Source: a virus (Duplodnaviria > Caudoviricetes). From it: 27,470 nucleotides of DNA. Made by a program: the position numbers and the translations under genes. This document shows positions 9,042 to 16,084 of this stretch, one piece after another; position 1 is the first letter of the stretch, and the number at the start of each line of letters is the position of its first letter. Location: positions 1-27,470 of the IMG/VR virus record IMGVR_UViG_3300008255_000396; one strand, 5' to 3'. A model generated the notes under the pieces. It was not told where the DNA came from and did not search any database. It saw nothing but the letters and a program-made list of their open reading frames with translations.

Positions 9042-9076
9042 TTGAATTAACTATATCAAAGTAGTATACTATAGGC
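9042..9076 (+). promoter_or_regulatory. Sigma70 promoter; leaderless start of Zn-ribbon gene
   Basis: TTGAAT (9042-9047), 17 nt, TATACT (9065-9070), then ATG 6 nt later at 9077. Confidence 0.7.
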
Positions 9077-9226
9077 ATGGTAATTACATTATCTTTACCT
9101 AAAACTAGGTTAGTTAAAAGGTTGGTAGAATTTTTTGGCCACTGTCCTGAAGATGGGACTAGACTTTTTATTTGGAGTATGGGAAAGTATAAGTGTAAAA
9201 CCTGTAAAAAGACATACTACGCATGA
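9077..9226 (+). CDS. Small zinc-ribbon protein, 49 aa (not in ORF track)
   Basis: MVITLSLPKTRLVKRLVEFFGHCPEDGTRLFIWSMGKYKCKTCKKTYYA has CPxDG and CxxC knuckles. It has its own promoter and an ATGA overlap with the next gene. Confidence 0.7.
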   Translation: MVITLSLPKTRLVKRLVEFFGHCPEDGTRLFIWSMGKYKCKTCKKTYYA

Positions 9227-9522
9227 AAATTAAACTAACTTCAGAAATACTAAACTACGATAATAAACCCATTTTAGATGAGGAAAAGAAACCAATAACA
9301 TATAGGTCAATCTTCATTACAGCCTTAAACGCACAAATTAAAAGTGAAGAACTAAAACCTGAACAAAAGTTTAAAATGTTCTCTTTATCAGTCAAAATAT
9401 ATGAGGCAGACGAAGTTGACTTAAATGTAGAAGATTTAGTTTTAATTAAAGAACGAGTTGGTTTAATATTTACCCCAATAATCTACGGCAGAGTAAACGA
9501 GCTTCTGGAAAAACAAGTATAA
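9223..9522 (+). CDS. Hypothetical phage protein, possible fibre-associated chaperone
   Basis: Helical 99-aa protein (ALNA..KFKMFSLSVKI..EVDLNVEDLVLIKERVG..PIIYGRVNELLE), a type I recognise downstream of phage fibre genes. Function is inferred from position. Confidence 0.55.
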   Translation: MKIKLTSEILNYDNKPILDEEKKPITYRSIFITALNAQIKSEELKPEQKFKMFSLSVKIYEADEVDLNVEDLVLIKERVGLIFTPIIYGRVNELLEKQV

Positions 9523-9540
9523 TCTTATTATAATTAACTT

Positions 9541-9771
9541 ATGAAGAAGAGATGGGATTCTCTAGTTAGTAAGTGGAATAGTTTAATTACAAAATGGGAT
9601 GCAAGAGAGATTTCTATAGATGTTTACCTTCAGTCTGGAAATTTGGATGCAAATATCATCAGTGGGTCCAACGATATTAGTGTAAGACTGGGTGAAGCCG
9701 ACGTAATATTGGAATCTGGAAACGTTGATGTAGTGTTAGGATACGGATCAATTGACGCAAATGTAAAATAA
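9541..9771 (+). CDS. Hypothetical 76-aa repeat protein
   Basis: Trp every 7 residues at the N-terminus, then about six 9-residue xD-phi-x-phi-xxGx repeats. TATAAT (9529-9534) lies 6 nt before the ATG. Confidence 0.7.
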   Translation: MKKRWDSLVSKWNSLITKWDAREISIDVYLQSGNLDANIISGSNDISVRLGEADVILESGNVDVVLGYGSIDANVK

Positions 9772-9787
9772 AAGTATATTTAAGTTA
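9752..9787 (+). promoter_or_regulatory. Sigma70 promoter; leaderless start of BppU-like gene
   Basis: TTGACG (9752-9757), 17 nt, TATATT (9775-9780), then ATG 7 nt later at 9788. Confidence 0.65.
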
Positions 9788-10096
9788 ATGATCATTCAGC
9801 TTATTCAAAATGACACAAGGCCAAGACTCACATATACTGTTAAGCAAAATGGCGTAGCAGTAAATATTACAGGTGCTACGGTTAAGTTTAAATTCAGGAA
9901 GATTGGTGCAAGTACAAATATCTTCAGTAGAACATGCACATTGTCTGACCCCACTAATGGTGTTTGCTACGTTGATTGGATTGCTGGAGATTTGGATGAG
10001 GTGGGTGATTACGAGGGAGAGGTAGAAGTTACTTTTAGTGGTGGTCAGGTCCAAACATCTCAACTAATAGGTTTTAATGTTAGGGCTGAATTTTAA
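9788..10096 (+). CDS. Stand-alone BppU N-terminal-like (DUF2479-like) beta-sandwich protein
   Basis: QNDTRP...AVNITGATVKF...DPTNGVCYVDW..GDLDEVGDYEGEVEVTFSGGQVQT pattern. Confidence 0.7.
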   Translation: MIIQLIQNDTRPRLTYTVKQNGVAVNITGATVKFKFRKIGASTNIFSRTCTLSDPTNGVCYVDWIAGDLDEVGDYEGEVEVTFSGGQVQTSQLIGFNVRAEF

Positions 10097-10101
10097 TTTT
10101 C

Positions 10102-10130
10102 TTGACAACAACACGCGGTAATACTAAAGT
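10102..10130 (+). promoter_or_regulatory. Sigma70 promoter for protease/capsid operon
   Basis: TTGACA (10102-10107), 17 nt, TAAAGT (10125-10130). ATG 12 nt later, no SD. Confidence 0.65.
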
Positions 10131-10142
10131 AAAGTAAACTCT

Positions 10143-11384
10143 ATGACCAAAATAGTCACAAAACCAAAAACATTCAGAGGTTCAATAACCGACTTGCACG
10201 AGTTAGGTAGTGTTGACTCTCAAAACAAAACTTCTTCTATTGAGATACTTAAGGTAGGTTCATGGGATCACCCTGTGTATGGAGAAATAGATATAACTTT
10301 TGATAGGCTTGAAAGATTCAGAGATAACTTTGAAAACAAGGTAAGAAAGGCTGTTGCTATTGACATTGAACATAAGTCAGACGAGGGTGCAGTGGGTTGG
10401 GTGAAGAGGCTTTTTATTTCTGACGAAGGTGTTTCGTTAATGGCTGAGGTTGAGTGGACAGACGAAGGTGTACAGTTACTTGGGAAAAAGAAATATAGAT
10501 TCTTCTCACCTGAGTTTAATGATGAGTACGAAAATCCAGCTACGGGTGCAGTCTATAAAGACGTGTTGATTGGTGGTGCTATAACCAATAGACCCTTTTT
10601 TCAAGAACTTTCTGAGATAGTATTATCAGAAAAGTTTGCGATGGGAGGTGAGAAAAAAATGGAGAAAAAGAAATGTGCAATATGTGAAAAAATGGTATCT
10701 CCTGACAAAATGAAAGATCACATGGCGAAACATAAAACCGATGATGATCAAAAAAAGAAAGGAGGTGAACCTATGACTAAAGAAGAGTTAAAGAAAAAAC
10801 TTAGTGAAAATATTAGTTTTGTGCCTAGTGAACAGGACAAAGTTGATATGAAAACTTTTGCAGAAGCGTACAAAGAAGTTGTTACAGCAGAAAGTAAGAA
10901 AAGCGAACTTATTAAAGGTAACGAACCTACTAAAGGGACAGTTACTTTGTCCGAAGATCAACTTAATAAACTAGAAACTGCTGCCAATGACGGAGTAAAA
11001 GCTATGCGAGAGATTCGCAAGATGAAAATTGAGAAAGAAATTAATTCTTTCAAGTTTTCAAGTAAAAACTCGGACGGAGTTATTACCAAAATGTCTGCAG
11101 AAATTGCAAAAAAGTTGGTGTTTACTCTTGGTCCAAAACAAAGGCTACTCTTTTCAGAGTTCCTTAAATCTCTACCCAAAGTAAAAATATTTACTGAGTT
11201 AGGTAGTGATTATAGTGAAAAAGACCCAGCTAAAACACCTGCTGGAGTTAATAAGTATTCTTGGCAACTTACTCAAAGGGCGAAGAAAATGTCTGAAGAA
11301 AATCCAGACAAGTATAAAAATCAGACAGATGCTTTGTTTGATGCTGAAGAAGCACTTAAAAAAGAAGGTATTATCGCAGAGTAA
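10143..11384 (+). CDS. Mu gpI-like prohead protease/scaffold protein
   Basis: IDIEH, AVGWV, AEVEWT, YRFFSPEF and GGAITNRPF protease motifs, followed by a charged helical scaffold region. Two internal SD+ATG sites (10659, 10773). Confidence 0.88.
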   Translation: MTKIVTKPKTFRGSITDLHELGSVDSQNKTSSIEILKVGSWDHPVYGEIDITFDRLERFRDNFENKVRKAVAIDIEHKSDEGAVGWVKRLFISDEGVSLMAEVEWTDEGVQLLGKKKYRFFSPEFNDEYENPATGAVYKDVLIGGAITNRPFFQELSEIVLSEKFAMGGEKKMEKKKCAICEKMVSPDKMKDHMAKHKTDDDQKKKGGEPMTKEELKKKLSENISFVPSEQDKVDMKTFAEAYKEVVTAESKKSELIKGNEPTKGTVTLSEDQLNKLETAANDGVKAMREIRKMKIEKEINSFKFSSKNSDGVITKMSAEIAKKLVFTLGPKQRLLFSEFLKSLPKVKIFTELGSDYSEKDPAKTPAGVNKYSWQLTQRAKKMSEENPDKYKNQTDALFDAEEALKKEGIIAE

Positions 11385-11392
11385 TACTCTTT

Positions 11393-11474
11393 TCTTGGAT
11401 TCTCATTTGAGATTCCAAGGGGTAAGGTGACTCGGGCATGTCATTTTACCCCTTGGACTTTTAAAGTTCTAAGA
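11393..11474 (+). promoter_or_regulatory. Structured RNA element (multi-stem junction) upstream of decoration/capsid genes
   Basis: Outer stem TCTTGGA (11393-11399)/TCTAAGA (11468-11474). Inner hairpins are TCTC/GAGA (11401-11412), an 18-bp stem (11414-11431/11440-11457, two G-U pairs), and a weak CTT/AAG. Confidence 0.75.
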
Positions 11475-11504
11475 TTGGGGGTGAAAAAATAAAAACAAGA
11501 TAGT

Positions 11505-11918
11505 ATGGCATACGAAATAAGAGGTTTAGTTGCTCCTTTCAAGGCTGAAAACATAATGGCAGAAGCTTATGTTGTAGTTGAATTAGGAACAAATGAGGAT
11601 GAGGTTGACTTGCCTAGTGCAGTAACTGCCACACCTTTGGGTGTTGTTCAGGATACGGCAGCAGCAGTCGGCGATTCAGTCCCCGTGATGTTATCAGGTA
11701 TTACTAAGGTTGTTGCCAATGGAGCTTTTTCCAAAGGTGATCAATTAGCAGTAGCTGCGACCACAGGTCGCGTTGATACAGTATCGGGCCTTGACTCATC
11801 TTTCAATCCTGAAGCTGGTGCTGCACAAAAGCCAATCGGTATAGCTTTAGAAGCTGCTGATGCTGCTGGAGAAATAGTGCCTATGTTAATCAGACCATTC
11901 TACTATCCTTGGGCTTAA
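11505..11918 (+). CDS. Capsid decoration/cement protein (DUF2190-like)
   Basis: Ala/Gly-rich LGVVQDTAAAVGDSVPVMLSGITKVVANGAFSKGDQL...IGIALEAADAAGEIVPMLI. Lies just before the MCP. Confidence 0.8.
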   Translation: MAYEIRGLVAPFKAENIMAEAYVVVELGTNEDEVDLPSAVTATPLGVVQDTAAAVGDSVPVMLSGITKVVANGAFSKGDQLAVAATTGRVDTVSGLDSSFNPEAGAAQKPIGIALEAADAAGEIVPMLIRPFYYPWA

Positions 11919-11921
11919 CCT

Positions 11922-12866
11922 ATGAGTAAAATTACAGTAAGAGACGTGCATCAAGATGCTGCTTTAACCAATTTTGCTATTGGTTATCATCCCACAGGGT
12001 TTGTAGCAGAAAGAATTGCTCCTCCTGTTAAAGTAAACAATGAATCAGATAAATATTATATCTGGGATCGTCAGTCGGCTTTCCAAGTCGGACCTGACGC
12101 TGATGGTACAACTTCTTTAAGAGCTGATAAAACAGAATCAAAAACTATTGATTTTGGACTTTCAACTTCAACTTACACTGCTGAGGAATATGCTTTGAAG
12201 ATTTTAGTATCCGACAGAGAAAAGAAGAATTCTGATTCTATACTTAGGCTTAGAGATTCTAAGAGGCGAAGGTTGCAAGACATCTTGATGTTAGAGCAAG
12301 AAATCAGAGTGTCAACACTTCTGGTTACTCAGGCAAACTGGGCATCAGGTCATTATGCAGAACCTAATCCAAATTGGAATGAATCTAATCCTACAATAGA
12401 GAAGGACATTGACACAGGTAAAGAGGCTGTTAGGAAAGCCATTGGGGTTGAACCTAACACAATCATTATCCCTGCTGCTGTTGCAAAATGGATGAAGAGA
12501 GATTCGACTATTCGTGACCTCATTAAATATACACATGCGGATTTGTTAGTAAACGGTGATCTTCCACCTAGACTGTGGAACATGGACGTTATTATCCCTG
12601 GTTCTACTTATTCAAGTAGTAAAGAGGGTGCGTCTTCGGTCACTTATTCTGACGTTTGGGGAGATACAGTTGTAATGCTGTATGTTGACCCACAACCTGT
12701 TATTGATTCACCTACTGCTGTAAAGATATTTAGGGCAGAAGAATGGATGGTCAATACATGGAGGGAGCCAAAATTCAAGTCTGAAGCAATTGAAATTTCA
12801 GTTATTCAGGACGAGGTTTTGACATCAAACATATCAGGATATATATTGACGAATGCGTTGGCATAG
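11922..12866 (+). CDS. Major capsid protein
   Basis: 314 aa. DAALTNFAIGY..FVAERIAPPVKV, EQEIRV, GVEPNTIII and VWGD motifs resemble lambda-E-like/HK97-fold capsids. Lies between decoration and adaptor genes. Confidence 0.88.
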   Translation: MSKITVRDVHQDAALTNFAIGYHPTGFVAERIAPPVKVNNESDKYYIWDRQSAFQVGPDADGTTSLRADKTESKTIDFGLSTSTYTAEEYALKILVSDREKKNSDSILRLRDSKRRRLQDILMLEQEIRVSTLLVTQANWASGHYAEPNPNWNESNPTIEKDIDTGKEAVRKAIGVEPNTIIIPAAVAKWMKRDSTIRDLIKYTHADLLVNGDLPPRLWNMDVIIPGSTYSSSKEGASSVTYSDVWGDTVVMLYVDPQPVIDSPTAVKIFRAEEWMVNTWREPKFKSEAIEISVIQDEVLTSNISGYILTNALA

Positions 12867-12919
12867 TTGAGTATTCACATTCTGCGTAGGTTAAAAGCTA
12901 TGCAGTAGTGAACACTTAA
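12867..12919 (+). promoter_or_regulatory. Long imperfect hairpin immediately after MCP stop (attenuator/3' stabiliser)
   Basis: TTGAGT/ACTTAA, TTCAC/GTGAA and CTGCGTAG/CTATGCAG arms with G-U wobbles. No U-tract. Confidence 0.7.
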
Positions 12920-12926
12920 AATTAAA

Positions 12927-13382
12927 ATGAGTTATTCTACTGGTACAAAAATTAGACAAGAAGCTGGATTCTCAAGTAATAGTAACGTCCTAGATGCTAC
13001 TGTTACAGGTTTTCAATCTGCTGCGACTTCTCAGATAGATGGTGTCTTGTCAAAGATATATACACTCCCCTTAAGTACAACTCCTTCTATTATTGAACTT
13101 ATTGAAAGAAAACTTGCAGCAGGTCACTTGATGTTAGAAGAATATGGAGTTGATGCTGAAGGAACTGATAAAGATGGGAATTCAAAAGTAAAGTGGGCTG
13201 AAAATCAATTACAAATGATTGAGGATGGAATTATCCAACTTGTAGGTACTGATGGAGTTATTCTAGCTAAGTCTGAAAGAATCGGGATGAAAGGATTTCC
13301 TGATGCGACTACTGGAACCGACAGAACTTCACAATCTGACAAAGACGATCCACCCAAGTTTGAAATGGGTCAGACGTTCTAA
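12927..13382 (+). CDS. Head-tail adaptor (Mu gp36/DUF1320-like)
   Basis: MSYST..ATSQIDGVLSKIYTLPLSTTPSII..LAAGHL..L..I.DG.IQL. Follows the MCP. Confidence 0.78.
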   Translation: MSYSTGTKIRQEAGFSSNSNVLDATVTGFQSAATSQIDGVLSKIYTLPLSTTPSIIELIERKLAAGHLMLEEYGVDAEGTDKDGNSKVKWAENQLQMIEDGIIQLVGTDGVILAKSERIGMKGFPDATTGTDRTSQSDKDDPPKFEMGQTF

Positions 13383-13383
13383 T

Positions 13384-13857
13384 ATGGCTTTAGAGTTAAC
13401 CTTTGAAATTGAAGGGGAAACAGAGTTGGCAAGAAAGCTGGTGGGTGTATCGGAAGACTTAAAGAACTGGTATCCAGAATTTAGAAAAACAGGTGAGCTT
13501 CTTTTAAAGACATTCCGTGACAATTTTGATACTCAAGGGAAAGAACTCGGTGTTATGTGGCAACCATTGTCTGAGTCAACTATCGCAGAAAAAAAACGTT
13601 TGGGTTATCCACTGACACCATTAATCAGGTCTGGATTAATGAGACGTTCTTTCCAGAGTGACCCTGGTAACAAACAGGTCATTGTTTTTAACCCTATGGA
13701 TTACTTTCAGTACCATCAATCACGACAGGCGAGAACACATATACCTCGCAGAATAATGATGAAGATTGACGAAAAAAGGAAGCAGTTAATAGTAAAAATA
13801 TTCCAAAAATCTATTGAAGATACGTTGCAAAAAAGAGGTTTACAGACTACAGTATAA
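13384..13857 (+). CDS. Virion morphogenesis/tail completion protein (Mu gpG / P2 gpS-like)
   Basis: NFDTQG..WQPLSESTIAEK..LIRSGLMRRS..YFQYHQ..IPRR. ATG at 13384, right after the upstream stop, preferred over 13303. Confidence 0.82.
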   Translation: MALELTFEIEGETELARKLVGVSEDLKNWYPEFRKTGELLLKTFRDNFDTQGKELGVMWQPLSESTIAEKKRLGYPLTPLIRSGLMRRSFQSDPGNKQVIVFNPMDYFQYHQSRQARTHIPRRIMMKIDEKRKQLIVKIFQKSIEDTLQKRGLQTTV

Positions 13858-13859
13858 GT

Positions 13860-14357
13860 ATGGCTAAATACGAAGACACAATACTTGATAAGCTCCAAAC
13901 ACTTATTGATGCTTCAGATGGTGACGCAATAACTACGTTTTATAAAGGTGATCCATTAATGATGCCTAAATCTGACCTCCCAGCACTTCTTTTGATTAAA
14001 GACAATACAGAAATAGGAGATTCTTCAAATGCAGAAGACTACCACAGAATGAATATTGTCATTACTTTAGTTGTAGACATCCGAGACTATGTTTTAGATA
14101 CTCCTGTCAATGTACACGCAGGAGACCAAAAGTTGTATGATATATTTGAAGGACGTAACGCAGACTTTACTTTGAAAAGTACGTCAATTATTGATATATT
14201 GAGAAGTAACGAGGAATTGGGTAATAATGCACATATTGATTTAAGCGTACCCATGAACGTAAGTTATGGTTTTACAGTTGGTAAAAGGGGGCAAAAATCT
14301 TGGTCACAAGAGGCTAATTTATCAATATCTGTTTATTTTACACAACTTAGAGTATGA
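13860..14357 (+). CDS. Putative tail terminator/neck protein
   Basis: 165 aa, acidic, with YKGDP..DLPALLL. Position between morphogenesis protein and tube. Confidence 0.55.
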   Translation: MAKYEDTILDKLQTLIDASDGDAITTFYKGDPLMMPKSDLPALLLIKDNTEIGDSSNAEDYHRMNIVITLVVDIRDYVLDTPVNVHAGDQKLYDIFEGRNADFTLKSTSIIDILRSNEELGNNAHIDLSVPMNVSYGFTVGKRGQKSWSQEANLSISVYFTQLRV

Positions 14358-14530
14358 CAAAATTTGACTACGGAGAAATTCTTGGAAAAGGTCGTGTTGT
14401 ACACGAGTACGAACCCAAAAGAGTACTTAACAAGTATTTTTTTAGAAAATATGGTGTTTTAATTGAAGCAAAAGATGAAAAAGAGGCAAAAGAAGTGATT
14501 AAAGTAATGTTTGAAAAGGTGGTGAAATAA
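14354..14530 (+). CDS. Small hypothetical protein, 58 aa (not in ORF track)
   Basis: ATGA overlap. MTKFDYGEILGKGRVVHEYEPKRVLNKYFFRKYGVLIEAKDEKEAKEVIKVMFEKVVK, similar to the next ORF. Confidence 0.75.
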   Translation: MTKFDYGEILGKGRVVHEYEPKRVLNKYFFRKYGVLIEAKDEKEAKEVIKVMFEKVVK

Positions 14531-14531
14531 G

Positions 14532-14693
14532 GTGGCAAAACAAATTAAAATGACTGAAAAATTTACTAAAACATCAGAACCCATGATTGAATTTAACTTT
14601 CCCGAACACGGAGTTACGATTTCTGCGATAAGTAAAGAAAAAGCATTTGAAAAATTAGAAGTATTGTTAAAAACGACGGGAGGTGAGAAATAA
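14532..14693 (+). CDS. Small hypothetical protein, 53 aa (not in ORF track)
   Basis: GTG start after AAGGTGGTGA. MAKQIKMTEKFTKTSEPMIEFNFPEHGVTISAISKEKAFEKLEVLLKTTGGEK. Its stop abuts the tube ATG. Confidence 0.75.
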   Translation: MAKQIKMTEKFTKTSEPMIEFNFPEHGVTISAISKEKAFEKLEVLLKTTGGEK

Positions 14694-15686
14694 ATGACAC
14701 TAACAGCACCCTTTACAGGGCGAAGAGCAGATATTGGTATTGCTAAAGAAGGAACAAGGGGAACAACTGCTACATCTGCTGAGTATTGGCTTCCCTATGC
14801 TGCGTATTCTTTCAACGAAAAGGTAGTTAAAGCCCGTGATGACACAGGTTTAGGTACTCTTGAAACTCCACGTTCATCTGATCTTATAAAACGTTGGAAT
14901 GAAGGCGAGCTTGAATTTAATCTACGAGATAGATCATTAGGTCTTATTTTACTTGCTTTATTCGGAACAGAAGCTTTTTCAGTTGATACTCCTGCAACAG
15001 GAGTTGGCCAGCACACGTTTACCATTGCACAAACTAACCAGCATCAAGCATTAACTGTCTACAAGAAAAATCCAGTTGAAACACTTGCTGCTGCAAATGC
15101 AATGATAAAGTCATTCTCGCTAAATGTAGTTTTGGATCAATATGTGAGAGCAACAGTAGGTCTTATTAGTAAAGTTTTTGGTAATGATACTGAAACAGTT
15201 GCTTATGTTGCTGAAAACAAGTTTAGACCTCAAGATGTATCAATTAAAATTGCTGATAACGCAAGCAGTTTAGCTGCTGCAAATGCACTTACAACAGTAA
15301 GGTCGTTGACCCTAAATGTAGAGAAAAATGTTGAAGATTATCAAGGCTTAGGTAGTGTTGATCCTGTTGATTTTGTCAATAAGGATTTTCAGGTTACTGG
15401 AAGTTTTGAACTAGCGTTTGAAAACGACACATACAAAGATTACACGCTTTTGAATCAACTTAAGGCTTTGTCTGTAACACTAACTAACGCAGGAGCAGTT
15501 GTGGGTACAGCAACAAATCCTAACGTTCAATTTATATTAGACGAAGTTGACTTTGAGGATTTTGATATTGATGAAGCTAACGAAAACGTTGCTATATTAA
15601 CTGCAAATTTCGTTGGTCATTATAGTCAAAGTAATGCACGAATGTTTAGAGCAATCTTACAGAACGCAGTTAACGCAGCTTACTAA
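14694..15686 (+). CDS. Major tail tube protein
   Basis: GIAKEGTRGT, LGLILLALFG, HTFT, LTLNVE, VTGSFEL. Strong SD GGGAGGTGA. Precedes chaperones and tape measure. No sheath gene seen. Confidence 0.85.
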   Translation: MTLTAPFTGRRADIGIAKEGTRGTTATSAEYWLPYAAYSFNEKVVKARDDTGLGTLETPRSSDLIKRWNEGELEFNLRDRSLGLILLALFGTEAFSVDTPATGVGQHTFTIAQTNQHQALTVYKKNPVETLAAANAMIKSFSLNVVLDQYVRATVGLISKVFGNDTETVAYVAENKFRPQDVSIKIADNASSLAAANALTTVRSLTLNVEKNVEDYQGLGSVDPVDFVNKDFQVTGSFELAFENDTYKDYTLLNQLKALSVTLTNAGAVVGTATNPNVQFILDEVDFEDFDIDEANENVAILTANFVGHYSQSNARMFRAILQNAVNAAY

Positions 15687-15688
15687 TC

Positions 15689-15721
15689 TTTGCAATATTT
15701 GCCCTTAAGGGCTTGTTAAAG
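15689..15721 (+). promoter_or_regulatory. Hairpin after tail tube gene
   Basis: GCCC-TTAA-GGGC (15701-15712), extended by GCAA/TTGT and CTTT/AAAG. Confidence 0.5.
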
Positions 15722-15733
15722 GTCAATAAAGTT

Positions 15734-16084
15734 ATGGATAGACCATTAAAAGACGTAAAGCTTCCGAAAAGTGGATATATAGCAAAAATTGTTACTTATA
15801 TTACCAGGTCGGAATCTAAGTCTATTAGAAATAAAAGGTACGAAGGTGCTTCTGTTGAGTTTGTGGACGACCAGGTTCACATGAAGAACATTCCCATAGA
15901 TCATCAAGAAAGATATGACGACGAGAAAGTTAACCAGTGTGTTAAATCTCTTGTTGACAAAGAAGGAAAATCTTTGGATGTAAATACAGAAACGCTTAAC
16001 AGCTTACCTAACGATGACGTAAATGTTCTTATTATAGAAATTAATAAAGTCATGGCTGCAACTGAGGAAAAAAAAACGGTATAG
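15734..16084 (+). CDS. Tail assembly chaperone (gpG-like)
   Basis: Between tube and tape measure, ending ...EEKKTV over a 9-A run. ATG at 15734 preferred over TTG at 15713. Confidence 0.75.
   Translation: MDRPLKDVKLPKSGYIAKIVTYITRSESKSIRNKRYEGASVEFVDDQVHMKNIPIDHQERYDDEKVNQCVKSLVDKEGKSLDVNTETLNSLPNDDVNVLIIEINKVMAATEEKKTV

Noticed and set aside
8478-9076. Group I intron or intein hosting the HNH
   Set aside because: Flanks are too short for an intron core, neighbouring genes appear complete, and no intein motifs were seen in TerL or portal.
11206-11430. 74-aa + strand ORF overlapping the scaffold 3' end
   Set aside because: Alternate frame of a real gene, running into the RNA structure. No start signal or motif.
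11393-11474. tRNA or CRISPR interpretation of the intergenic structures (also 27085-27180)
   Set aside because: No T-loop/D-loop consensus, arm lengths do not fit a tRNA, and there are no regularly spaced direct repeats.
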